The notes under the pieces are model-generated. The model was not told the origin of the DNA. It saw nothing but the letters and a program-made list of their open reading frames with translations, and did not search any database. A DNA stretch of 64,000 bases from Synergistales bacterium (GTDB taxonomy: Bacteria > Synergistota > Synergistia > Synergistales > 79-D21). The position numbers were made by a program, and so were the translations under genes. The first letter of the stretch is position 1; every line of letters begins with the position of its first letter. This document shows positions 19,483-29,766 of this stretch, one piece after another. The stretch covers positions 7,739 to 71,738 of the forward strand of contig DAIMJI010000002.1 in NCBI GenBank assembly GCA_036722335.1, read 5' to 3'.

Positions 19483-20101
19483 CTTCCACGAGAGTTGCCA
19501 AAGTCTTGGACAGGTTTTCGATCATTACCGGCTTGAGCCTGGTCCACCTTGTCTGCAGGGAATTATCGACGAGGCATGCCCCGTTCTCCGCTTCGACTGC
19601 TATCGCACCGCCCCACGCGAGGGCGGGCGTCTCTTCAACAAGGACCACGCGGGGATCCTCCTCAAGGAGGACGGCCTCCCCGGGGGCAACCCTCAGGACG
19701 GCCTTTTCGGCCGCGAGAGCGCCAAGAGCCTCATGGGCCAGTCCGTTCAAGACGGCCCGGTAAAGGGCCCTGTTCGCCCGCAGTCCCTCCAGGCGAGTTT
19801 TTACACTCTCTTCGAGGAGGCCCACGATGCCTGAAATGTCCTCAAGGACACGCGTGCGCATTTTCCTGAAGGCCGACTGCCTTGCAGCGGCGACTTCAGC
19901 CTTGAATTCGCTCGCCTGCTTTTCCCTTAACAACTGGACCTTCGATTCGACCTCCATCCTTCTTTCGGCGATGAGAGAGGAAAAATCCCTCTCGTAAGCC
20001 TCTTTGAGGGATTCGATCTTCCTGGCGTATTCATCGCGAAGGGCACGCTTGAAGGAATCGAGCGCTTCCCTCTCGTTCCCGGCCAAGCCGTTAGGGACCA
20101 T
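19445..20101 (-). CDS. V/A-type ATP synthase subunit E (peripheral stalk)
   Basis: 218 aa with a long N-terminal charged helix and a globular C-terminus, in the operon position after K. Confidence 0.75.
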   Translation of the reverse strand: MVPNGLAGNEREALDSFKRALRDEYARKIESLKEAYERDFSSLIAERRMEVESKVQLLREKQASEFKAEVAAARQSAFRKMRTRVLEDISGIVGLLEESVKTRLEGLRANRALYRAVLNGLAHEALGALAAEKAVLRVAPGEAVLLEEDPRVVLVEETPALAWGGAIAVEAENGACLVDNSLQTRWTRLKPVMIENLSKTLATLVEDVQEPLPELRLS

Positions 20102-20115
20102 GAGACCCGCCGGGT

Positions 20116-20334
20116 TCAGGCAAGCTGGAGGATCATCATGATGGCGACAACGAAACCAAGGATGACGATTGTTTCCGGAATCGCCTCAAGGATGATCATC
20201 GTGCCGGAAGTTTCCGGCTTTTCAGCAACCGTTCCGGCTCCCGCTGAACCGATCTTGGCCTGGGCATAAGCTGTCGCAAGGGCCGGGATACCGATTGCCA
20301 AGGATGCGGCAAGAGCTAGCAAGGCTTTTTCCAA
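20116..20334 (-). CDS. ntpK: V/A-type ATP synthase subunit K (single-hairpin c/proteolipid)
   Basis: 72 aa with two TM helices. Loop AEKPE, and the carboxylate lies in IPETIVILGF. Confidence 0.85.
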   Translation of the reverse strand: MEKALLALAASLAIGIPALATAYAQAKIGSAGAGTVAEKPETSGTMIILEAIPETIVILGFVVAIMMILQLA

Positions 20335-22217
20335 GAGTCTCTCCTCCTTGAGAAGGGGCGGAATTCTTTTCCGCCTCCTTGATAAAACTTGCTGAAAAAC
20401 TCGACGTAATGGAGTCGGGCCGAATGCAGCCCGGATCCTCCGATCGCCAGGACAAAGTTCAGAAGGTGGATGACGAGGGCCATGAGTATTCCAAAAACCG
20501 ACAGGCCCATGACATCGACGAATCTTGTCGCCACGACCGCCAGTATCGCTGAAGATAACCCGATTGCCGCTATACGGACGTAGCTGAGGACGTTCCCCAG
20601 GGCGCTGAAAGCCTCGATGAGCCCTCCTATTTTCCCTCCGGCAAGCAATAGGGCCGTGCCGACGACAAGAAGGACTACATTCGCCGAGAAAAGCGGGCGA
20701 GGCAGGTTCAACCTCACGATAAGGAGAAGTCCGACGAGGGAGAGAAGAACGATAAGGGACCCGAGCCTTTCCATCCAGAGATGGTGGTGTTTATGCCGGA
20801 TCCCTTCAAGGAATCCCAGGAAAAGACCGATCGATATGTGCGCGAGTCCAAGTGCGATCGTGAAGACCAACACGGGCAGGACCGCGTGTGACCTTTCGAC
20901 CCATAAGGGGTCCATGTGGAAGAGACGGTGCCCGATATCCCCGAAAAATTCCCCGAAAGTGAAACCCCAGGCAATACTCCAACCGCTGATCCACAAGAGG
21001 ATTTTTCCCGCCGGGGGAAGCAGGCGGTGCTTCTTGTTCCTGGAAAGCCAAAATCCTAGGAGCGCAATGAGGATCCCGTATCCGGCGTCCCCGACCATGC
21101 AGCCTGAAAAAAACGGGAAAAACACGGCGACAAGAATCGTCGGGTCGATACCCCTGTAGAGAGGATGAGGCATAAGCTTTAGCAAAAGCTCAAAGGGTTG
21201 AACGGCAGAGGGGTTGGTAAGACGTGCGGGAACGTGGTGCCATTCGTCCGAGGAGGGATATCTCCACTGTACCAGGACCCTGTCACCGTAACGTTCCTTG
21301 AGGAGGGCGACGATGGATTCCAGGGAGTCCGCAGGAACCCATCCCTCGATCAGGAAGGTGTCTCCGCGCGTTTGGCTCCTCGATTCCACGACGGCTTCCT
21401 CAAGCCTCTCGTCCAGGAGAATGTAAAGGGAAGCGAGCCGGGGCCCCCACTCTTCCCTTGCTTTGGAAATTTCCTCGGTAAGCGTTTCCAGGCGCAAGGC
21501 GGTTGCCCTGAGTCCTTCCTCTACAGCGATGAGAGACTCCCTTGTCGATTCCCGCTGGAATCCCTCCGGGGCCTTCCATGGCACGGCCCCCTGAAGGCGA
21601 AGGATTTCCGTTGCATCTTCGGCAAGAGGCCTTTCGATGCTAATCGCCAGGACGGATTGTCCCTTCTCGGGGTTCAGCGCATGAAACCGGAGCGCGTCGC
21701 GGGATTCCTCCCGGTCTGGGGAAAGTTTCTGGATTCTCGCTCGAATGGCCGACAGGGTTTTCTGGATGGAGGCTTCCTTGATCCACCAGAGCACAAGATC
21801 CCTTGTCGAGGAATCCTCCGAGGAGACGAAGGGGACAAAATGGAAGACCACCTGGTGTGCCCTTTTCAACTCGCCGAGCGCAAAGGCAAGACGCCGTTTT
21901 TCCTCAAGGAGGCCTGCCAGTCTCAGCCGAAAGGAATCAAGGCTCCTGTCTATCTCGAGAACGACACCCTCTATTCCGAGGTCGACCCTTTCCCTGGCCT
22001 TATCCAGGACCTCATCGGTCAGAAGGGACCATCCCTTCCATTCCAGGGCTTCCAACATTCCAAGGACCTTTGCTCGGGTGAACTTGAGAGTTTCTTCCTC
22101 TTTCGACGGGGCGTAAACTTCCGCAGGGGAAACAACATGGAGTAGGCCGAAATCATGCAATGTCTGCACGACGTCGGGCCTTTCCTGCGTAAGGCCCCAT
22201 ACGGCGAGTCTCATCAT
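20316..22217 (-). CDS. ntpI: V/A-type ATP synthase subunit I (a-type stator)
   Basis: About 633 aa, with a cytoplasmic N-terminal half and a polytopic C-terminal half carrying the conserved Arg (YVRIAAIGLSS). The start is taken at ATGATG (22217); the track start 22265 overlaps the upstream gene. Confidence 0.9.
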   Translation of the reverse strand: MMRLAVWGLTQERPDVVQTLHDFGLLHVVSPAEVYAPSKEEETLKFTRAKVLGMLEALEWKGWSLLTDEVLDKARERVDLGIEGVVLEIDRSLDSFRLRLAGLLEEKRRLAFALGELKRAHQVVFHFVPFVSSEDSSTRDLVLWWIKEASIQKTLSAIRARIQKLSPDREESRDALRFHALNPEKGQSVLAISIERPLAEDATEILRLQGAVPWKAPEGFQRESTRESLIAVEEGLRATALRLETLTEEISKAREEWGPRLASLYILLDERLEEAVVESRSQTRGDTFLIEGWVPADSLESIVALLKERYGDRVLVQWRYPSSDEWHHVPARLTNPSAVQPFELLLKLMPHPLYRGIDPTILVAVFFPFFSGCMVGDAGYGILIALLGFWLSRNKKHRLLPPAGKILLWISGWSIAWGFTFGEFFGDIGHRLFHMDPLWVERSHAVLPVLVFTIALGLAHISIGLFLGFLEGIRHKHHHLWMERLGSLIVLLSLVGLLLIVRLNLPRPLFSANVVLLVVGTALLLAGGKIGGLIEAFSALGNVLSYVRIAAIGLSSAILAVVATRFVDVMGLSVFGILMALVIHLLNFVLAIGGSGLHSARLHYVEFFSKFYQGGGKEFRPFSRRRDSWKKPC

Positions 22218-22225
22218 TTCGCAGA

Positions 22226-22597
22226 TCAAGGCGATGCCGCCTCCGTATCGGTGGTAATCCTGCAAAGGATATCCAGGCTGTTGCGTGCCATTTCACCAAT
22301 CAGCAAATCCCTGTCGAAACCCGTCACGAATTCCTGGTAGCGGCTTTCGAGTAGATCGTCAACTGACCTCATGATCTCCTCCCGCTTCGAAAGGGCTTCG
22401 TCACGTTCCTGGTGCACACGCCGGAGGGTGTTGGCTTCCATTTCATCCAAGCGTTCGATGACTTCCCTCCGCCGATCCTCCAGAGTGGCCTCTTCCTGCA
22501 AAAATGAGGCCTCCAGATCCTTCCTGTAGGCCTCGATTTCCAATTCCGCCGGCCAAGCCTTCAAGTGGCTGGACTTGTTATCATCCTTTTTCGTCAT
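22226..22597 (-). CDS. Probable V/A-type ATP synthase peripheral-stalk subunit (G/H type)
   Basis: 123-aa, highly charged, predicted coiled coil. It is the first gene of the G-I-K-E-C-F-A-B-D order known from Thermus and Enterococcus operons. The assignment rests on position and composition only. Confidence 0.5.
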   Translation of the reverse strand: MTKKDDNKSSHLKAWPAELEIEAYRKDLEASFLQEEATLEDRRREVIERLDEMEANTLRRVHQERDEALSKREEIMRSVDDLLESRYQEFVTGFDRDLLIGEMARNSLDILCRITTDTEAASP

Positions 22598-23048
22598 GGT
22601 TTCTCTTCTCCATCATGTGTTCGAAGAACGCTCCCCTGTCTATGATCCCGATAAGCCTTCCATTCTCGACCACGGGCAGGCGCTTGATCCTCTTTCGGAT
22701 CATCATGTCCGCCACGGTGACCAGGCTTGCGGAAGGTTCGACGAAATAAGGGTGGGGATTCATGAGCTCACCCACCGTCCTGTTGGCTACGGTTGCAAGC
22801 CTTTCAACGAGGCTTCCCTCTGAACTGTCAAGGAAGGAGCTTTGAGCCAGAAACTCCAGGTATGTTGGAAAGGCAGCCTGCAGAATGTCGGTCTCCGATA
22901 GGAAACCGACAAGGACCCAATCGTCCTTGACGACCGGAAGCCCGGTCAAACGCTGGTTGTAAAGTGCATGCAGCGCGTCCTCTACCCGGTCGCGCTCCGT
23001 CACGGCAGTCAGGTCCTTGTGCATGATCTCGTGAGCCTGCGAGTTCAT
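22581..23048 (-). CDS. CBS-pair domain protein
   Basis: 155 aa with two CBS repeats (GLPVVKDDWVLVGFLSETDIL; RLPVVENGRLIGIIDRGAFF). It overlaps both neighbouring genes. Confidence 0.85.
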   Translation of the reverse strand: MNSQAHEIMHKDLTAVTERDRVEDALHALYNQRLTGLPVVKDDWVLVGFLSETDILQAAFPTYLEFLAQSSFLDSSEGSLVERLATVANRTVGELMNPHPYFVEPSASLVTVADMMIRKRIKRLPVVENGRLIGIIDRGAFFEHMMEKRNHDEKG

Positions 23049-24790
23049 CCGTGCAGCTCACCATCCTTCCAGTGGTCAAGGCCGAAACGTTTCAATAGGA
23101 CGAGGGCTGCGAAAAGCGCCAGTCCCAGGTCCTTCCTGAATCGCGCCCGTGGTTCCTGGCACAGCCTGAAGAGCCATTCCAGCCCCAATTTCTGCATGAG
23201 TGACGGGGCCCTCCTGAGCTTTCCCGAAAGTACGTCGAAGCTGCCCCCCACGCCCATCGCGACGACATGCCCAAGAGAAGGCAGGTTCCTGCGGATGAAC
23301 ATCTCCTGTTGGGGTACGCCCAGCCCGACGAGAAGGATCCGGGTGCCGGCCTCCCTGATCTCCCGGCAGACCGACTCTTCCTCATCCTTGCTGAAGTATC
23401 CATGACGGGTTCCGGCAATCACCATGCCGGGAAATTTCTGGGAAAGCCTGCTCGCAGCCTCGGTCGCCACTCCTTCCCTGGCACCGAGAAAGAATATCGG
23501 GCTCTTTTCGGAAGCGGACAGCCTGCATAGCTGCTCCACAAATTCGACACCCGGGATACGCTGCTGGACGGGTGTACCAAGAAGGCGAAGAGCCTGGATG
23601 AGGCCCATTCCATCCGGAAGGACAAGATCGGCTTCGCGCGCGATCGCCCTGTAGTTCCTGTCGTAACGGCTTCTCAGGGCCGCAAGGGCATCAGGGGTGA
23701 CGATGACGTACCCCCTGTTACCGAAGGCGACCCATGACTTGACCTTTGAGATGGCGAAGTTGAGCGAGACGTTGTCAACCCGTATGCCCCACAGGGAGGG
23801 ATTGCGCCCGTTTTCCCTGTTCGTCGCGGAGAGGATCTTTCTCGCGGCAGGAACGACGAGAAGGACTATGGCAGCCGTCGCGGTGGCCGCCGCGGCATAA
23901 AAAAGATCCATCTGGGCCAGTGCGATGGCAAGGGCGAAAGAAGAGCAGATACCCGCGACGAAACGGACGGCCGAAGGATGGTCGAGGCCGCGGTCAACGA
24001 GTTTTCGGTATAGCGACATGTTCGCCTGGGGATGGCTCGCGACTGCCCGGCTGACTATCTGGAGCGAAAATTCCATGATGGGCAGGGCAAAAAGCCCTAT
24101 CGGCAGGACCATCAAGGTCGTGAAGGCAATGCCCTTGCTGACTCCTATCGTAGATGCTCCCGCCGCAAGCATTCCCCACATGGCGGCAAGGGGTTCCCCC
24201 AGCCTGCGGTAAACCTGTCCGTGGCGGCTCCAGAAGATTGCGAGGAAAAGTAGCGCTGCCGTTCCGAGATAGAAGGATTCGGAAAAAGCCCGGGTCGCCG
24301 GGAAACTCACCAGGAGAACGAGGCTCCAGCAGGTTGCCAGGAGATAGCCCGCAAGGCCGGGGATCTGGTCGAGCTCCTGCATGAGGAGGGGGAAGAAGCC
24401 CATCCAGAGGGCTGTCACGATCACGGAGACGAGGGGCGAAAGGTAAAGGTAACGTCCTTCCGGGAGACCGATGAAAAAGATGCGGGGCCCGAAAAGCGCA
24501 ATCGCCGCGCCAAGGACAAGGTAGGCCCATCTCAGGTCCCGGTTGCGGTAGATTCTCTGGCAGATTCCGATCAGGCAGGCCCCGGAAGCGGCGGAAACGA
24601 TCAGTCTAACTGTCGGGCTCCCGGAAACAAGCCCGAAAACCAGCCAGCAGGCGACGAAGAGGATGTCCTTCATGTATTCGTACTGGTCACGCTCAAGGAA
24701 GCGGCGCAGCATTCGCTGGAACGCCACGCAAGCGATCCCAATAATTCCCAGCTGGTATAGGATGTCCCATTGAACCACGACAGGTGACAT
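23045..24790 (-). CDS. Fusion protein: polytopic membrane domain (degenerate WecA/MraY-like) + WecB/TagA/CpsF (GT26) glycosyltransferase
   Basis: The C-terminal 250 aa (VTPDALAAL...LVLPDGMGLI...FFLGAREGV...LLVGLGVPQQEMFI...GVGGSFDV) is TagA/WecG-like. The N-terminal ~330 aa has about 9-10 TM helices. The start is placed at ATG 24790, which has an AAGGGGGA SD. Confidence 0.75.
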   Translation of the reverse strand: MSPVVVQWDILYQLGIIGIACVAFQRMLRRFLERDQYEYMKDILFVACWLVFGLVSGSPTVRLIVSAASGACLIGICQRIYRNRDLRWAYLVLGAAIALFGPRIFFIGLPEGRYLYLSPLVSVIVTALWMGFFPLLMQELDQIPGLAGYLLATCWSLVLLVSFPATRAFSESFYLGTAALLFLAIFWSRHGQVYRRLGEPLAAMWGMLAAGASTIGVSKGIAFTTLMVLPIGLFALPIMEFSLQIVSRAVASHPQANMSLYRKLVDRGLDHPSAVRFVAGICSSFALAIALAQMDLFYAAAATATAAIVLLVVPAARKILSATNRENGRNPSLWGIRVDNVSLNFAISKVKSWVAFGNRGYVIVTPDALAALRSRYDRNYRAIAREADLVLPDGMGLIQALRLLGTPVQQRIPGVEFVEQLCRLSASEKSPIFFLGAREGVATEAASRLSQKFPGMVIAGTRHGYFSKDEEESVCREIREAGTRILLVGLGVPQQEMFIRRNLPSLGHVVAMGVGGSFDVLSGKLRRAPSLMQKLGLEWLFRLCQEPRARFRKDLGLALFAALVLLKRFGLDHWKDGELHG

Positions 24791-24847
24791 CGATATCCCC
24801 CTTAACGGCACGAAAAATGTAGCCCTTTTGGGGCCGAATTCGCAATT

Positions 24848-24856
24848 ATTTTATCA
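24848..24856 (-). promoter_or_regulatory. Candidate extended -10 promoter element (TGATAAAAT)
   Basis: Minus strand cttgTGaTAAAATaat, about 55 nt upstream of the ATG at 24790. There is no good -35. Confidence 0.3.
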
Positions 24857-24875
24857 CAAGAGGGTGGGAAAGTGT

Positions 24876-26208
<1,333 letters not shown>

Positions 26209-26688
26209 TCAGGCCTCCCCTGCCCGCCTGACTTCCCGTAGGAGGTCAGCCATTTCGAGGGCGGCCAGGGCTGCGTCGGAGCCCTTGTTGCCCGCCTTGC
26301 TGCCCGCCCGCAGGAGTGCCTGCTCGAGATTCTCGGTCGTCAGGACGCCGAAGGCCACGGGGATTCTCTGGTCAAGCGAGATCAGGGCAAGTCCCTTTGA
26401 AACCTCACCCGCCACGAAATCAAAATGGGGGGTGTCTCCACGGATGACGGCACCGAGTGCGACGATGGCGTCGTAACGTCCCCCAAGGGCTATTTCCTTG
26501 ACTGCAAGCGGGGTCTCCCATGCGCCGGGTACCCAGAATACGTCGATATCCTGCGCCTTTACGCCATGCCTGAGAAGGGCGTCCTTCGCTCCTTCCAGGA
26601 GTTTCCCGGAGATGAGCTCGTTGAAGCGAGAGATGACAACCGCGAACCGAAGCCCCGAACCGATCAGTTTGCCTTGGAATGTCTGCAT
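26209..26688 (-). CDS. ribH: 6,7-dimethyl-8-ribityllumazine synthase
   Basis: 159 aa with [13 protein letters not shown]...VPGAWE. Confidence 0.95.
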   Translation of the reverse strand: MQTFQGKLIGSGLRFAVVISRFNELISGKLLEGAKDALLRHGVKAQDIDVFWVPGAWETPLAVKEIALGGRYDAIVALGAVIRGDTPHFDFVAGEVSKGLALISLDQRIPVAFGVLTTENLEQALLRAGSKAGNKGSDAALAALEMADLLREVRRAGEA

Positions 26689-26718
26689 GATTTCCCTCTC
26701 CCCTCTGAAGGAGTCTTA

Positions 26719-27978
26719 TTATTCGCCTGTCGTTTCCGCCGGGGGTTCCTCAAGGTGCAGGAGGTGACCCATCTTTTCCTGCTTTGCGTGGAGATAGAAA
26801 GCGTTGAAAGGGTTTGCCTCCACTTCCAGGGGAACCCTTTCGGTGATTTTAAGCCCATAACCCTGCAATCCGACTATTTTCCGCGGGTTGTTGGTCAGTA
26901 TGCGGATGCTTTTCAGTCCGAGATCTGCCAGGATCTGTGCCCCGACTCCATAATCACGGAGGTCGGGATCGTAGCCGAGAGCCACGTTCGCTTCCACGGT
27001 ATCCAGCCCTTTCTCCTGGAGTTCGTAGGCTTTCAGCTTGTGGAAAAGGCCTATTCCGCGGCCCTCCTGCCGCATGTAGAGAATGACGCCCCTTCCTTCC
27101 CGGCGGACAAGTTCCATGGCTTTGTGAAGCTGCGGGCCGCAGTCGCAGCGGAGGGATCCCAGGACATCACCGGTGAAGCATTCCGAATGAACCCTGACAA
27201 GGACATCTTCCTGTTCCTTCACATCCCCCATCACTAGGGCAATGTGGAGCATGTCTTCGTCATCGTCCAGAACGAAATGGTAGGCATGCGCCAGGAAATC
27301 ACCATAGACGGTCGGGAGGGATACGCTTGCGACTCTTTCCACGAGCTTGTCCCTCATGTGTCGGTAACGGATGAGGTCCTCGATCGAGATGATGCGGAGA
27401 TCGTGCCTGTCCGCGAACTCGAGGAGTTGGGGCAGGCGTGCCATGGAGCCGTCTTCGTTCATGATCTCGCAGATCGCTCCCGCGGGGTTCAAGCCCGCCA
27501 GGCGAGCCATGTCCACGGAGGCTTCCGTATGGCCGGCACGTTTAAGCACCCCGCCTTTTTTTGCGGCCAGGGGAAAGATATGTCCCGGCCTACGCAGGTC
27601 TTCCGGCCTGGATTCCGGGCTGGCGAGGACTCGTGCGGTCCGGGCCCTTTCCGCGGCGCTGATCCCAGTCGTCGTTCCTTCAGCGGCATCGACGCTCACG
27701 GTGAAGGCGGTTCCGTGCGGATCGGAACTTTCCTTTACCATGAGGTCGAGCTTAAGGCGGCGGGCCTGGTCCGTCGTGACAGGGACGCACAGAAGCCCGC
27801 GGGCATGGGTCACCATGAAGTTGATGTCCTCCGGCCTGGCAAGTTCCGCGGCCATCACGAGATCCCCTTCATTCTCCCTGTCCTCGTCATCCACGACGAT
27901 GACCATTTTCCCCAACCGAATATCCTCAAGGGCATCTTCTATCGCGTGGAAAATTCGTCCCTCCGGTTTGCAGATCAT
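26719..27978 (-). CDS. ribBA: Bifunctional DHBP synthase / GTP cyclohydrolase II
   Basis: 419 aa. [11 protein letters not shown] marks RibB, and the CDCG zinc site with [11 protein letters not shown] marks RibA. Confidence 0.95.
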   Translation of the reverse strand: MICKPEGRIFHAIEDALEDIRLGKMVIVVDDEDRENEGDLVMAAELARPEDINFMVTHARGLLCVPVTTDQARRLKLDLMVKESSDPHGTAFTVSVDAAEGTTTGISAAERARTARVLASPESRPEDLRRPGHIFPLAAKKGGVLKRAGHTEASVDMARLAGLNPAGAICEIMNEDGSMARLPQLLEFADRHDLRIISIEDLIRYRHMRDKLVERVASVSLPTVYGDFLAHAYHFVLDDDEDMLHIALVMGDVKEQEDVLVRVHSECFTGDVLGSLRCDCGPQLHKAMELVRREGRGVILYMRQEGRGIGLFHKLKAYELQEKGLDTVEANVALGYDPDLRDYGVGAQILADLGLKSIRILTNNPRKIVGLQGYGLKITERVPLEVEANPFNAFYLHAKQEKMGHLLHLEEPPAETTGE

Positions 27979-28003
27979 TTTGAATCCTCCTCGTTTTTTC
28001 CGC

Positions 28004-28672
28004 TTAAAGCCAGCCTTCCTGCTGGAGCATTTCCCACGATATTCCCGACAAAGGGGCGTTTGCCTCGGGGAGAGCCGCGCGGGGGGTCAGCAATTGCCTG
28101 ACATATTTGGCGATGATATCGGTTTCCAGGTTAACGGCCGCGTTCCTGGATAGTTGCCCGAGGGTCGTCCTGCGCAGGGTTTCCGGAATGAGCCCGACCG
28201 AAAAAAGTCCCTTGGGGGCATCGGAATCGATAACCGTCAGGCTGACCCCGTCAAGAGCCACGGATCCCTTCGGGACGATCTGCAGGACGAGTGCCGTGTC
28301 GGCTGAGAACGTCATGCGGCGCGTTCTTCCGCTTCCTTCCGTCGCGGTCAGGGTGCATAGGCCGTCAATATGTCCCGTGACCAGGTGGCCGTCGAGACGC
28401 CCGCCCAACTGCATGGCCCGCTCGAGGTTTACCCGGTCTCCCGGCTTGAGCTTGCCGAGCTTCGTCCTAGCAACCGTTTCTTCCATCATTTCGGCCTTGA
28501 AAGAGGCTTTCCCGTGGCTGACGACCGTCAGGCAGGCACCCATGACAGAAACGGATTGCCCATCCTTGAGGGAAGGGGAAAGTTCGGGGGCCAGGATTTC
28601 AAGGGTCGTGACCTCTCCGGGTGAGCCGATCCCGGAAACGCTTCCTACTTCTTCTATAAGGCCGGTGAACAT
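28004..28672 (-). CDS. ribE: Riboflavin synthase alpha chain
   Basis: The start [10 protein letters not shown] is canonical, and the lumazine-binding repeat is duplicated (GDRVNLE). The 7-codon track extension is rejected. Confidence 0.9.
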   Translation of the reverse strand: MFTGLIEEVGSVSGIGSPGEVTTLEILAPELSPSLKDGQSVSVMGACLTVVSHGKASFKAEMMEETVARTKLGKLKPGDRVNLERAMQLGGRLDGHLVTGHIDGLCTLTATEGSGRTRRMTFSADTALVLQIVPKGSVALDGVSLTVIDSDAPKGLFSVGLIPETLRRTTLGQLSRNAAVNLETDIIAKYVRQLLTPRAALPEANAPLSGISWEMLQQEGWL

Positions 28673-29766
28673 TTCGGTTTGACCTCCAGCCATAGATCTC
28701 CTTCGACTTGCTTTATTCTAGCAGGCGACAGGGCTATTGCTTCTCCCATGTGGTCAAGGGAGAGTTCTCCCGCAAGCTGAAGCCCTCTTCCGAGGAAAAG
28801 CGGGGCGACAAAGAGGGAATATTCGTCAACCGCCTGTGCCTTCACGAACGCGCTGATGACGGAGCTGCCCCCTTCAACGAGAAGGGAGGAGATCCCTTCC
28901 GCCGCGAGAGCGGAGAGAATGTCTTCGACCGAAGGCCTGGTGCCCCCTTCGGCAGAGGGCACTCTCCTGATCCGGGCACCGCGGCGTTCGAGGGAAATGG
29001 CCTTGTCCTCGGGGGCTTCTTCGCTTGCCAGGAACAGGCACTTGCCGTCTCCGACGATTCTTGCCTGAGGCGGGGTGCGAAGCTGGCTGTCAAGGACCAC
29101 CCGCAAGGGGGATTTTCCCTCGACAAGGCGTACTGTAAGTTCCGGGTCGTCCGCAAGGACGGTTCCGACTCCGACAAGGACGGCATCATGCTCGGAGCGC
29201 AGCAGGTGTGCCTTGCTACGGGAAAGCGGCCCGCTGATCCACTTGCTTTCTCCCCCAGAGAGGGCGATGTCCCCGTCAAGGCTCATGGCAGCCTTGACCG
29301 TCACCCAGGGCCGTTTCAGGGTCATGGCCCTGATGAACCCCCGATTGAGCCATTTGCACTCGTTTTCTAGGATGCCCGTGAACGTTTCCACGCCCGCATT
29401 TTCGAGGAAGGCGAGTCCCTGGCCGTTGACTTCCGGGTTGGGGTCCCTCATTCCCGTAACGACTCTCGCGACTCCAGCCTCCACAAGTTGCGGGGCGCAG
29501 GGAGGCGTTTTCCCGAAGTGAGAGCAAGGTTCCAGGTTGACGTAGGCGGTCGCTCCGGCAGCCCTTTTCCCGGCCATCCTCAAGGCTTCCACCTCGGCGT
29601 GCGGTCCTCCGTACCTTCGGTGGTAACCCCACCCGACGACCTTGCCTTCGTTCACGAGCACACACCCTACCCTTGGGTTGGGGCTGACGCTACCCGTTCC
29701 CCTTTCGGCAAGGCTGATGGCCATGCGCATGAAACGTTCGTGGACGACTCTTTCCATCGCTTTCAT
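28654..29766 (-). CDS. ribD: Bifunctional riboflavin-biosynthesis deaminase/reductase
   Basis: 370 aa with the CMP/dCMP deaminase zinc motif (HAEVEAL...LEPCSHFGKTPPC) and a reductase domain. ATGA overlap with the uvrC stop. Confidence 0.9.
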   Translation of the reverse strand: MKAMERVVHERFMRMAISLAERGTGSVSPNPRVGCVLVNEGKVVGWGYHRRYGGPHAEVEALRMAGKRAAGATAYVNLEPCSHFGKTPPCAPQLVEAGVARVVTGMRDPNPEVNGQGLAFLENAGVETFTGILENECKWLNRGFIRAMTLKRPWVTVKAAMSLDGDIALSGGESKWISGPLSRSKAHLLRSEHDAVLVGVGTVLADDPELTVRLVEGKSPLRVVLDSQLRTPPQARIVGDGKCLFLASEEAPEDKAISLERRGARIRRVPSAEGGTRPSVEDILSALAAEGISSLLVEGGSSVISAFVKAQAVDEYSLFVAPLFLGRGLQLAGELSLDHMGEAIALSPARIKQVEGDLWLEVKPKCSPAL

